From positions 38,564,001 through 38,628,000 of the forward strand of contig NC_042998.1 of NCBI RefSeq assembly GCF_006345805.1: 64,000 nt of DNA, read 5' to 3'. This stretch comes from Octopus sinensis. Its lineage: Eukaryota. The translations under genes and the position numbers were made by a program. The first letter of the stretch is position 1; each line of letters opens with the position of its first letter. The notes under the pieces are model-generated. The model was not told the origin of the DNA. It searched no databases and saw nothing but the letters and a program-made list of their open reading frames with translations. Below, piece after piece: positions 27,269-40,900 of this stretch.

Positions 27269-29964
27269 AAGTACTCAGAATAAATATCTACTCTGTCTGC
27301 CCCCCAACCAATCCTTTTTTGATGTTCTATGGAATAATATTTGTCTTAACGAAATGAATCTGATCTTCGGAATGGGTAGATAAAACTGAGCCGAAGTAGC
27401 GAGACGGTCTTTTCGTAAGCTATGTAAATACTCCAGGATAATTTGTATTCGTAAATATAACGATAGATATGTTTAAAAAATATCAGGATGTATAAAATAT
27501 TTTCCAGAATTCAGATAAGTTAACAAGAATTTTGAAATTAAACGTAAACATACACATTTTGAGGTCAAACATGACATTTATTATCGAAAGCTTTATTAAG
27601 AAAGCTAAATAACTTTTATATTGTGACATTGAGTTTGGCATCTCTGATTCTCAAACATTTCTGAGAAATGAAATAAGAACTGTTAAAAAGAATGTTCACA
27701 ACGCGAAAACAAACGAAACCAAAGTATTTGATTGAACAGGTTTAAAATTAAACTCCAATGAAGAAAAATATTTGATTGAGTATATAGAAAAAGGCTAAAA
27801 ATCATCTAAACTCTTTAATGAATAAATATATAGTGTTAATAAAAATAGCAATATCTTTCAGTCACATTAACCGTAGCTATGTTAGGTCATGTGCAAGATG
27901 TCTTTTAATTAAAAGCCACAAAATGAATGAGACAAAACGCCTTAGTGGAACAACAATGGGGGAAAATATTGGTAATTTTCAAAGAAACATTCCAGTTAAT
28001 TTTATTACATTTTTATATCGAAGCTTGATAATAAAAAACAGTCTCCAAAGTGTTGCACAGAAGGAGCAGAGAAACAGACAAAATGAAAAGATGAAATTAA
28101 GGAAACAAATGTAAAGCTTTATTTGAGAAAAGCGAAGAATGAGATAGAAAGCATATTCCTTTCATGATTTAGTGGGCTGTGGTGGTGGGGGTGGGGCAGC
28201 AACAGCAACAAGAACAGATAACGGAACTGTAATAGATATGTAATTAAGATACGCAGAAGTTCAGCTGAAACCAAACTCTTGTAATTATTTGAAAATAATG
28301 TATTTAATATGAAATAGTATATTCTAGAAATTCAAAGGCCATCTAAAGAGAGCTCTGAATTTTTAGGTAAATCAGGACATGATTAACTCTGATGAAACAA
28401 ATAACTCCTACGCCTTAGATAAAAATGCTTAAAGGAAGTATTACTCGTAAATAGAAAACATTCAACATTAATTAATACACACCTATTAAGCTTGACGCTT
28501 TTGAGGTCGTATCCATACTTAAAACAGACGATATGGTAAGAATCTTGGCCTCTTGCCTACCTCACATCGTGCTTAAGTGTCGTAAGAATAATTACATTAA
28601 CATCCCCAAGTGTTGGTTAATCAACCGCACGAAAACAGACTAGGCGAGATCCAAAAGGAAAACCCTTTAGAGTAATTAATATAGAATAAGCAGGATTAAA
28701 GAGATAATCCTGCTATGGATGAATAACTTGACACTTGAATGTTTTGATAATATTATTGATAAAATTATGGTAGTTTTTTTTTTTTTCAGTTTGACATAGC
28801 AAATTGTTATCATTTTCATCACAATTTGCTACTGCTTGAAATTTAACATCATCCGGGCAGTTAAGAAATCTCACTTGTTGGGTTATTTTGTTTCCTTTTT
28901 CTTTCTTTTTCGAAAATGCAACTCGGGTAAAAAAAGAATGAGGAAAATTTGTTTGTAAAGGTAGATTTGCTTGAACGAAGGATTTATTTTTAATTAGTTG
29001 CACAAAACGCTGCTAAAATTGGATGGATAGATTTGATGATTATTTATTTTATGAAATATGAATGGGTTTTATTAATATGAATGCAGGAAAGCTATTTCAA
29101 GTCACACTGAATTTACGTTGAAACTAATACCGAGTTTCACTCAACGAAAGTTTTGGTGATATAACAATAGACTTACATACGACTATAGCTTCCGTTGTGA
29201 TATGATTTTCTATGCGTAGGAAGTCAAATAGCCAACTAAACATCCTTACGTTTGTTGGAGTATATCATGTTTATCTTCGTAGATTATTTGCAAAAGATTT
29301 GAAATTACATAACATAACATAGTATAACATAGCATGGTGTTGTAAAATATTAGCCTGGCATTCAAATCACAAACGCAGTAATAAGAATAAGAAAACTTTG
29401 TGTTATAATCCAAAACTTGGCATGTGTTTATACCAATATAACCGAGTTGTATATTCATTTCACAAGAAAGGACAGGCATCTCTCAAATACTGATATCTTC
29501 ACGGAGAGTTGATGTCGTATACAAGTGACTGCTAGCTGAATGGAAACTGCCCAGCCATGTCGTTAGTATATTATTCCTAGATACAAATAAACGTTGGTCC
29601 ATAGGCAGAATCTTACATGAGGATCACAAAGATAATTTTAAGGCAGGATGTTACTCGCTTGGCATTTATTGATCAACTAAAACAGAAAAGTTGCTACAAA
29701 GATTACTAAATATATTTAGATTTCAAGAAATATAATTACAATATCTTTATTATAAGCTAATTTGGTCTTCTTTGCGCAACTGCTTTCAAGCATGGAAACA
29801 GTAGAAAGAAACTTAATCTTCACCTTTGCATAAGCGAAAACGGTATGGCAGAACAGTAACAACTTGAATTCAAGCGGTAACTTGCTCAAGCAAATCAATG
29901 CATTTTCTATGGAATTTTCACAAAATGGACCCATCAGAGAAATATTTCTTTCTATTATGAGCAC

Positions 29965-30390
29965 AAGGCCTAAATTTTGGGGAATGGGGTGCTAGTCGTT
30001 TACATCAACACCAGCGATCAACTGGTGCTTTATTACACAGACATCAAACGAATGAAAGAGAAAGATTTTGGCGGGATTTGTCATAAGAACATAAAGCCAC
30101 AAGAAACACCGCTAAGCATGTTATCTGGCATGATAAAGATTCTGACACTTCAATGCCTTCTACCAGTGTAAGATTGGTTTAAAATTCTAGCAAAAGGACG
30201 ACAATTTCGAGGGAAGAAATAAATCAATTATATTGACCCCAGTGTTCAACTGGTACTTATTTTATCGAAACCGAAAGGATGAAAGGCAAAGTCGAATCCA
30301 GCGGAATTTGAACTCAAAACATAAAGACGGACTAAATGCCGCTAAACACCTTGCCCGGTGTGGCAACCATTCTGCCAGCACGACGCCTTC
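29965..30390 (-). mobile_element. Two tandem diverged SINE family B copies
   Basis: The reverse-complement core tggtacttattttatcga..aaggatgaaaggcaaagtcga occurs at 30175-30390, with an older copy at 29965-30160. Confidence 0.7.
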
Positions 30391-31397
30391 CACCAGAGGA
30401 ATATTACCTTCAAAAGCCTCACAAATCTACTGAAATTTGTTCCCAATTTCATTTTTGTTAATCTTTTACCGATTTCTTTTCTGTGTCGCATTGCCGACTT
30501 TATTCAGTATTATGAACGATGAGTAAATTTTAGAAGCATTTTGAAAATTAGCGATTATTTTCACCTTATGTGTCTCATTACATAATTTTCTCATTCACTC
30601 ATCCCGCTGCATTCTTCTTCTGCGCGCGCACGTACACAGAAAACATTGAGTAGTTCGAAAATCTCATTTGTGTGTGATGATAGTCAGAGGAATCTCCGAG
30701 TAACAGTTTGTAAAGTTTTCCAGCAACAACAAAACAGTGAACCTGTCTTCTGCCTTTGGTGTTCGAGTAATATTTTCCCCAACAATACTTTCACATGCGT
30801 ATGTATAAAATGATGATGAGGAAAAACGAAAACGATGATGATGACGATGGTGAAGAAGAAGATGAAGATGATGATGATGATGCAAATGACGGTAGCAGCA
30901 GAACGGGAAAATGCGAGGTGGAGAAGAATCAGCGAGTGATAGTGAAAGAAAAAAAAATGAGCCAAAGTGAAGCATTTATTAAAACATTCTTCTAACGTAA
31001 GACTTCATTTCTGATTGTACGAGTATTTGTTCGTGCAATCACTCTAAGTAGATTAACTTGATCAATAATGGATCAAATCTCGCAGTACAGTATAAGGAAG
31101 ATTTTCTAACTTAGAACAGCCAAAGATAGGCACGTACAACTACATATGGTTATACATGTATGTAGCTATTAAATATTTTAGATCTGCATTGAATTATGTC
31201 TGTGTTTATATGAGTAAATAGGCAGAAATAAACATCAATGCATTTGCAGCGTAGGCATGGTGCGTTTGTGCGATTGCTTATCATGCACAATTAAATATAT
31301 ACGAAAATATATAGCAGTATTTTTTTGCAGAAAACATATCCGCCATGGAGATCTGTTCGCAGAAACATGTAACGCCACCATATGCATGTGTGTATGT

Positions 31398-31431
<34 letters not shown>

Positions 31432-31446
31432 ATATCTATATCTATA

Positions 31447-31480
<34 letters not shown>

Positions 31481-31635
31481 AACATATGTATGCATATATG
31501 CAAGTAAGAATGTAGGTAAATATGTATGTTTATATATGTGTACATGTATACTGTGTGTATGTATATACATATATATCTATATATGTGTGTGTGTGTATAT
31601 ATATATATATATTATATATATATATATATATAATA

Positions 31636-31797
31636 GGTGCAGGAGTGGCTGTGTGGTAAGTAGCTTGCTTACCAACCACATGGTTCCGAGTTCAGTCCCA
31701 CTGCGTGGCACCTTGGGCAAGTGTCTTCTACTATAATATGGGGCCGACCATAGCCTTGTGAATGGATTTGGTAGACGGAAATTAAAGGAAGCCCGTC

Positions 31798-31833
<36 letters not shown>

Positions 31834-32022
31834 TTGTGCTTGTCCCCCCAACATCGTTTGAAGCCGATGCTGGTGTGTATACGTCCCCGTAACTAGCGGT
31901 TCTGCAAATGAGACCGATAGAATAAGTACTAGGCTTACAAAGAATAAGTCCTGGGATCGATTTACTCGACTAAAGGCGGTGCCCCAGCATGGCTGCAGTG
32001 AAATAACTGAAACAAATAAAAG
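31636..32022 (+). mobile_element. SINE family A, full length
   Basis: Head-to-tail match with the other copies; inserted in (TA)n. Confidence 0.92.
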
Positions 32023-32163
32023 TATATATATATTTAATCCTATGGAATCCAGTATTTATTTTGTTGCTCTTTATTCCTACAACGACCAAGTTGCAGCACA
32101 GGAACGGAAGCACTATATGCTACACATGTATTCAGTGAAATGAAACATGAACACACACACACG

Positions 32164-32227
<64 letters not shown>

Positions 32228-32399
32228 TCAAATTCTGCTCAGAAGTATAAACTTGTTACGAGAAATCCATTCACTGTCTACAGCGAATCATTTTCTGCAT
32301 GACCAAATATTATAGTAAATGGCTTTCTTACGGGTCCGAATATGCCTCAAGTACATCTGAACTGGTACATATATATATGTGCAAAACATATATACATAA

Positions 32400-33261
32400 T
32401 AAAAGAAGGAAAATGCATACAGTATATATAGTTTAAATGAAACACTATTGTGGTTGTCGACCGGTTTCACTTTCCCTAATCATGACATTGAGATTATTGT
32501 GATTCCATATTCTCTTAAGATGTTTTTAATCCAAACTGTGGGAGATGTCCCAACCTTCTGGAAGGCTCGGAATTCCAATTCGAACAAGGAGAGAGGTTCA
32601 CAATTAAGACCAATTTCACTTGTGCATCCGAGAATTTAATTTATGCTATAATTTGTTCAGGTCGTAGACACGGTTATATAAGACAGACAAGTATGTCACT
32701 TAGACGGAGAACCACATTGCATAAGAGATCCGTTTCCCAAGGTATAGACAGATGCATTTTGGTGAACACATAGTGACATGTGCAGGGAATCTCCAATGAA
32801 ATTTCACACTTTTCCCCATCTGCCAGTACAAAGAAACAATTTCTGTACAAGAATGTTTAAATAAAGAAAAATACTAAACACCTAGATATGAACACATAAC
32901 CAACTTCGATCTCAGTATATATTTTAATTCGTTATTACATATCCCTCACTGTACATTTTTCATCTCACTACTTTAGCTCATGAATTTTTGTGTGTTTATT
33001 TATCCCACCCAAAAACCGTGCAATTACCTCCCCTGTCTCGAATAATAACTATCACCAATTACCTCTACTTAGATTTTTCTACGTGTTGATTCATTCACAA
33101 AATTTCATGCAAGAACATGGACTGAAAACCTCTTAAGAGAATACGAAATTACAGTAATTTCAATGTGATAATTAGCGAAAGCTAAACCGGTCGACAATCA
33201 CAATACTCTTTCATTTACAATTTATTAAAACTATGTACATTGCGTGCATTTTCTTTCTTAC

Positions 33262-33262
<1 letters not shown>
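32400..33262 (+). mobile_element. 5'-truncated Penelope-like element: inverted pLTR, GIY-YIG endonuclease fragment, pLTR
   Basis: 32530-32880 reads CGRCPNLLEGSEFQFEQGERFTIKTNFTCASENLIYAIICSGRRHGYIRQTSMSLRRRTTLH. 32400-32525 is an inverted copy of ~33125-33260. Confidence 0.85.
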
Positions 33263-33311
<49 letters not shown>

Positions 33312-34744
33312 GTATGTGTATATTTTTGCATTACAGGTAGAAATGCGGGTTTGGATCTTCTGAGAGAATGTTCAAGGTTATATGTGGGATAAGTGGACGA
33401 TGAGCTTGGATTCTGTAGGAAGAAGACACAGGCAAGTAGATGGATGGTGGAAGAGACGCATCATCGAAATTAGAGATGAAAATGTCACAGTAGAGAGTTT
33501 AGAGGAGTTGTCACAGTATTATAGTGTTTGTGTGTATCTGCATAGTTAGATGGGTTGATACATAAATACATATGGCATACACATATACCTGTACCGAAAG
33601 ATATTGAGACGGGAATTTTCTTCCCAACCACACGGTTCCGGGATCAATCACACTGCGTAGTACCGTTAATGGAATGATGAAATGTTTGATAGAGACGCCT
33701 TAAACTCCTGGTTAGTTATATGTGCGTTGTGTGCGCGTGTATGTGTGTTGATAATGTTAGTTATATTCCCTCAATATCTCGTGCACATCTGTTGAAGATG
33801 TTGGCTTGTTGGTGCTCAGATATATTCATAATTACATATATGATCATTCGGATGTCCATACATAACACCGTTGTTACATTTCGTAGCTGCAGCTTAAAAT
33901 ATGTAAAAACTGTAAAGAATAATAGTTGTTATTGTTAGATATTTGTAAATTTGTGCTTGTAAAATTATTTACAGAACACATTGAATATTTCGTGACAGTT
34001 TTAGAAGGAAAAATTTCCTTTGTAAATGTTTTATTTAGTTGCAAAGTTTTGAGAAATAAAAGTTAATAGGGGAATAATTGCATTCTGTAAAGAGCTAACA
34101 CTTAGCATTCCTTTGTGGGGTTTTGTTAAGTTTCTACCTGAACAAATAGCACATATTTTAAATACGTTCATACACAAACATCACCGACAGCAACATTCTC
34201 TATTTACTATAAACAAATTATGTTCTATCATAATCTCTCAAAGAGTCCACAGCATACATTCAGATGTATATTGCGTAAAACTTATTTACATTAATGTATA
34301 TGTAAAACAAATATCGATTATTTGTGATGAATCATCGGCAATATAGACGAAGATTTAAACTTAAGTATATGTAAGTGATTAATCTTATACGTACAAGAGA
34401 AAATCAAGCGTTAATATCGAAAAGTGTTTATATATATAACCTTCTATTATCTGAGTTTAAATCCACCTAAAGAGATTATGCCCTTTAATAATTCTGGATC
34501 GATTATATCAGTAACTTCTTTTTAATGTGTGTGTGTGTTTGTGTGTGTAAAAATATATATATAATTCCAAGAGAGAGGTTGTGAATGCAACCAACAAAGG
34601 GATAATATCTATCCAATATACTGCTGGTAGAATACCCAATTATTTATACACAAGTGATTTTTTTTTCATTGCATGGCAGTTACAGATTACCCAGTGTAAT
34701 AAATGGTTGAGGGCAAAAAGTTATTTTACCCTTAATTTATTCAG

Positions 34745-35187
34745 CAATAAGAAAATGAAGGGGATCAAGAGGTGGTAGTCATCAACGTTTAGACATTATA
34801 TTATGTCTGTTTATTTATTTTTTAAAAAGACAATTATGACGATATACATACATGTATAACCTAGTATGCTTTACATGTATAATATATCAAATATAAAAAT
34901 ACCAGTAATTATTAAAATATATAACGTAGAGCATAGAAAGTGGGATAATCAGCCAAGAGGCCATAGTACCCCATTCTACTTTTATCCATCCAGTGAACTG
35001 AAGTATTTGGTAGATAAGATTAAAGTACTTGAGTGTGTATCTAGGCTTCGTCAGAGAGTTTAGAAAGTTCATAAGCTTAAGTTATAAATATAAATACATA
35101 CATATATGCATACTTTTACATATACATACATAAACACATGCATATATTTAAACGTATATGCATATCTATATGCATACAAAGGAATCA

Positions 35188-35227
<40 letters not shown>

Positions 35228-35315
35228 GGTGTATTATATATTATTCATATTAGATAAGGTAGGAGAAAGTTATTAAAAGAGAAATAATAGTGCAATTTTA
35301 AAAAAATCAATGTAT

Positions 35316-35360
<45 letters not shown>

Positions 35361-35976
35361 ATGTATATATATATATATATTCCTCATGTATATACCTTTT
35401 CATTCCTACATAACTACAATAATCATAAGATACATTGATTTTTTTTTAAATTGCACTATTATTTCTCTTTTAATAACTTTCTCCTAACTCTGTTTATACT
35501 TCATCTAATAAGAATAATATAATATAATACACCTAATAATAATAATAATAATGATAATTGATTCCTTTGTTTGCATATACATGTACATGTGCATATACAT
35601 TTTAATATGTGTTTATGTATGTATATGTATATGTATGCATATATGTATGTATTTATATTTATAACTTAACATTATGAACTTTCTAAACTCTCTGGCGAAG
35701 CCCAGAGACACACCGTAATCTTATCTACCAAATACTTCAGTTCAGTAGAATGGGGTACTACGGCTGCTTGGCTGTAACATATCCTACTTTCTATGCTCTA
35801 CGTTATATATTTTAATAATTACTGGAATTTATATATATTTTTTTGTATTATATATGTAAAGCATAATATGTTATACATGTATGTATGTTGTTATAGTTGT
35901 CTATTTAAAAAATAAGTAAATAGATATAATGTCTAAACGTTAATGAACACCACCTTGATCCCCTCCATTTTCTTAT

Positions 35977-35980
<4 letters not shown>
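34745..35980. repeat. Long imperfect inverted repeat (about 560-bp arms), probable tail-to-tail Penelope pLTRs
   Basis: 34745-35320 is the reverse complement of ~35423-35980. The arms hold CTG(A/G)CGA-AGCC...GGCT-G(T)AAC hammerhead-like remnants. Confidence 0.8.
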
Positions 35981-36033
<53 letters not shown>

Positions 36034-36052
36034 CACTTTTAAAAGCCAGTTA

Positions 36053-36092
<40 letters not shown>

Positions 36093-36657
36093 GTTTGAAA
36101 ATGCAATTTTAAAGATGCTTATTCAGTTGACCGGCTTCACTTTTTTTTAGAAAAATAATTTTACATTTAGTAAAATGAAGTACCGGTCTCCCAACTCCTG
36201 AATCAAATGACCACATAATTTTATTTCTAAAGTACTTGAATAGACTATATAAATAAATAAAAAAATAATAAATAGTGCAATACTGAAACACACGTAGTTC
36301 CTTCATATTGAATAAATACAAGCATTAACTAAAGTATGATATAATTAATGAAGTACATTATATACCCAGCTGGTAATTTTGGTTATATCCTTTAAGTATT
36401 ATTTCGTGATGTGCAAAATGATACCATGAGTTTACTGTCGGATATACTCATTAGGTTATTTTTTGTATTATCTGAAATAGAAAACCCGCATATCGATTAA
36501 TCCCCCAAAATTGAATATTGACTTTTATCAGATACTTACTATATTTTTAGATAAATATATAAATATACAATAAATAAGACCCCAAAGTATGATCTGTAGA
36601 TGCATATAACGGTGTGGGGTTACACCTGATTGATTAGGAAATTTGTTTTCCCAAATT

Positions 36658-36708
<51 letters not shown>

Positions 36709-36769
36709 GTGTGTGTGTGTGTGTGTGGTGTGTGTGTGTGTGTGGTGTGTGTGTGTGTATGTATGTATG

Positions 36770-38372
36770 TCATTATTCAGTTTCATTTCAAGATTTCTTA
36801 CCAATAGAGAAAGATCTGATTTCTAACCTAGATCCAAGGCTCCGCCATTGGAATTTCAACATCAGCAAAAGGGTACTTTCGTATGTATGTGTATGTATGT
36901 ATGTACGCATGCAGGTATGTATATATCTTTATGTCAGGTCACTTTCGAGTGCTACTGGTAACATGTAACCCAGTACAACCTGTTGCATGGTCGGGTCGTC
37001 GGCGACTAAACCGGCAACCCTACCAAGCTTGCTTGGTGAGGAGGGTGTTTATTGGACACCCTGCGGGATGAAAAACAAAACCCCTCAAAGGGCGGAGGAA
37101 CACTTGAGAGTCAACGGCCATCCAATAAATGTCTTAAGGCATGTATCATGCACGGGGACATAGAAATAATCGGACTGAACACCCGATCGCGCGGTTAAAC
37201 CATTGGGAGTGAAGGACTCCTAACCTTTGTTAGGGCATCCTTCTAGGAGAAGGTAACTCAGGTAACTGGGATAACCCCGACATAAAACCTGCGGCTCAGT
37301 GGTTACCGATGATGTTGACTTGTTCTATTTTTCGGATTATGGCTGCTGTTGCTTAGTGAGCGGGATTGACTCAGTGCACAACCTTTCCTCACTTTAAAAA
37401 AATCTTCCACAGGCATTGCACGATAACAACATTGATTAAACTTCGTGTAATGGCCATACTCGATAACGCGGGGCAGCCACCATGTATATATCTATGCATG
37501 TATGTATCTCTACATTTATACGTGCAGATTTGTATATCTTGTTTTATGTATTTCTTCTCATGCCTATACTTGCATATCTAAACATATATATATTTAAATG
37601 ATAAAACTCTGGAATGTTTTTACACATTTTTACAGTTCCACTGATGGCTTGGATATGTAGTCTTCGAATTAACTTTCTCCTCTCTGGTTTTGAGAAGCCT
37701 AATTTCTCAAGATTAGTATTTAAACAGTGTGTTACATATCCTATTGCCCCAATAATTACAGGTATAAACATGAACTTGTAATTTGGATAGAGTAACTTCG
37801 GATTTCCCAATATTTCCGTGTAGGTATTGTCTTTTCCCTTGATCTTCAGCTTTACGTCAACACCCGCTGAACAGCTGATTTCCACAACTGTACACAAATT
37901 TTCTTCTCTATTCCAAATAATTATATCAGGTCTGTTGTGTTTACATTTTATTGAGGTTTTCACTGGGACGTTCTACCAGTATTCCTTTTATTATGAGTGG
38001 CTATGGCTTCCACTATACTGTGGGTTCTTATTTCTTTGTCCCCGGGATTACCCTTTCGACGTATCTCGTTATACAGTGTCCTAGCTACATTATGTCTCAT
38101 CGGTAGATAATACCGTGATGACATTTTCGGACAACTGCTTATGGTGTGAGTGATATCTTCGGTGTTAACTCCACTAAGTCTGCATCGGTTGTCATATTTT
38201 ACTACTTTTCCTGCATCTCTATTTCTTTTGGGCATCAGGTATTTGGTTGGTATATCCTATTCCTGGATTGCAAACGCATACCTTTCAAAGTGGAAGGTAG
38301 TAATCCGTTGTTGGTTCATAATAGACTGCTTTGATGTTCAATGTTATAATCATCTGGGAACTTTCTACTAAC
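36770..38372 (-). mobile_element. Second copy of the R4/Dong-type RLE LINE seen at 394-1612
   Basis: CRLSGVNTEDITHTISSCPKMSSRYYLPMRHN, KHNRPDIIIWNREENLCTVVEISC and IPVIIGAIGYV. The 3' UTR at 36770-36875 matches 1500-1612. Confidence 0.9.
36935..37481 (+). mobile_element. Probable RTE-derived non-autonomous element nested in the LINE 3' UTR
   Basis: GC-richer insert containing agggcatccttctaggagaaggtaactc, which resembles the RTE 5' UTR motif. It is absent from the 394-1612 copy. atgtatatatct on both sides is a candidate TSD. Confidence 0.55.
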
Positions 38373-38428
38373 ATATCCGAGCATGGCATGTATGATGTCT
38401 GTATGTACGCATGTATGTATGTATGTAC

Positions 38429-39890
38429 ATATGAAATGAGAGGAAAAGTTCACCGAAATGTTGTTAGACAAAATGTTCTTTATTCTTTTAATTGTTTCAG
38501 CCGTACGGCTGCAGCTAGAGTACCACCATTTTTATTAAATAAAATGTTTACGCAGTCGACCGGTTTCGTTTGTGCTCATCATATCAAGACCTTAGTGACA
38601 GTGTTGAAATTGCGTGTTATCATAAGAAGTTATCTTTCCTCCTACAAACACAGAATGAAATATTCCTATATATTTTGTCCAACAAAATTTTCTGTGCATT
38701 TTCCTTCTTCCTATATTTTTCACTACCATTCAGTTTTTGCCGAAAATTTTCACACAGTCACTTGGAGGGTGCTTCTTCAAAGCTTACACTATAATTTCTT
38801 TCATCTTCTGTTAGAGATTACTTTAAAAATTATTTTAGCTCACTCATATAAGACTGCATCTTAGGTGAATAGAAAAGTGGTTCTTCAGCAATATCTGTTC
38901 TGTTTATGCAAATGAATCAGACATGTCCAGAAATTTTAAGCATCCAGATGCTTTGGCTGGTTTCGTTCGGGAAACTTTTACAAATTACCTTCGATCTGAA
39001 CGAATAGTTTTGTCAATAGTGAATTTCTAAAAGTCGCAGTGAAGAAAAATCCAAAACAAATTGCGGGAGAATTAGCAAAACAGTTCGATCCAAATCACTC
39101 TTCGATTATAAAACATATTCATGATAGAGGAAAATTTTCTAAAATCGCTCAGAGGATACGACATCATCTGACAACTTCTCAGCTTAAACAAAGAGTTGCT
39201 CTCTGCTTGTCATTGAAGGAGTAGACTTGCTACTGAACTTTTCTCGTGAAGAATCATCAAAAGCGTTCAAAGTGTAGTCTCTATAATCATATCCAACAAA
39301 ACTGACAAGGGTTAGCTCCCAATAGAATAGAAGAATCCATCACCAAACCAGATCTACACTCTAACATTTTCTGCTCTGTGTTTGGTGGGATTTGAAGTGT
39401 ATCATTTATTATGAAGCGTCAAACAAAAACGAAACAGTGAACGGAAATATGTATTGTAGTCTATTGTAAGTATTGTACAAAGTTCGCAGAAAAATCGCCA
39501 ACTTTTGATCAATCGTTGCTTTAACACGATAATGCAAGACCACATATTGTCCAGTCACCCACAGAAAGATGATTATACTTCTAAATATGGAAGTTTTACC
39601 TCATCCTCATGCTTCACCTGACTATCATCGTTTTATATCATTGCAAAGTTATTTAGAGGAAAAACTTTTTTACTAATTGTGAAGACTTTATAAATGACAT
39701 TGAGACTTTCTTTACTTCGAAATTTGAAGAATCGTTCGCCCGAAGGATGCAGAATTAAACCAAAGAAATGGGATTAATTTATCAGTGATGGGAGAAATAT
39801 TATCTTGATGAAATGTATCAATTGAGGCCAAAGAAACGTTTGTTTATTTCTTATCTTGAAATTCAGCAGAACTTTCTTTCACCTTAATAA
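38429..39890 (+). mobile_element. Decayed mariner DNA transposon
   Basis: KKNPKQIAGELAKQF..HSSIIKHIHDRGK..RHHLT, LLCVWWD.KCIIYYE, HDNARPH and EVLPHPHASPDYH. Imperfect TIR-like ends at ~38429 and ~39860-39889; many stops. Confidence 0.88.
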
Positions 39891-40699
39891 ATTTGGTTTT
39901 AAAATATTCGAAATTGTAAGGAGGGTCCCTTGCAAAGCACCAGAGAAAACATCTCTCTTTTCACTTTCAATTTATTGAATGCATTCAAAATCTATTCCAT
40001 AAGCTACCTTTTATCTCTTTATTGCTTTGTCTGTCAGGAGTTATGGCTCAGTCAGAGAAGGATGGACAGCAGCGCTGTGAACTTTTGCAAAGCCGCAAAG
40101 AATTTATTCTCATGCCAGCGATCTTCCTGAATACTTGCAACAGTAGCATGTACATCGTGTCGGTCGCCAACTGATAAATTCACTTAATTCTTAAATTTCT
40201 TCTAGTAGTTTCAGTCCGTCGTTAAGCACAAATCATCCACTACAGACTCTTCAACCTTACGATGGATAGCAAGTAGCACTTAGACATAAAAAACCGCCGC
40301 TACCGCCGCTGCCACCGGCGAATGAGTGAGCCTCTATGTAGATACTTGTGCAGCTAGAAATGGCAAAAACTCTACCATTTTTTAAAACTGTAATAACTAG
40401 TAGTTAAGAAGGATCCTTAACTTTATTCACTCGGAGGAGATGAAATATGTGGTCACATAAGGTTACTTTTATTTTCAGCTGTGATTTACTGCAAAATCTC
40501 TGCAAATGAGATATATTGATGACATTGGGTTTGAAGGCATCATGCAAAGAAAAGAGACGGGATGCAGGCGGAGAAAACAGTTGGGCACATTTTCTAGAAG
40601 GTTTTTGCACAACACGGAATATTTCTGTTAATATAAAGAGTACAATGCTGCTTTTAATGAATTTTTACAAGAGTGAGAGACCGCAAAGAAGATAGAAAA

Positions 40700-40900
40700 T
40701 ACCCTGTAGGCGAGAAATAAGCAGTTTGTTGTTTTTCTTAAAATGTTGGTACGAAGATAACTATTTGCTGCTTTGAGGTATGTAACCAAATGTAACGGGT
40801 CTGTAGCTGGCAGGGTTAAAAATAGTTATCCTTTGAGATGAAACAAGCAGTTGCATCTTTCCGTAGAGTGACGCAGGTTCCTGCTTAGAAACGTACGGTG
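40700..40900 (-). mobile_element. Highly decayed LINE RT fragment
   Basis: Minus strand KDATACFISK / NPASYRPVT resembles WKxAxVxxIxK...PxNYRPI. Confidence 0.35.

Noticed and set aside
30795-30995. Acidic ORF with D/E runs
   Set aside because: It is a (GAT)/(GAA) trinucleotide repeat.
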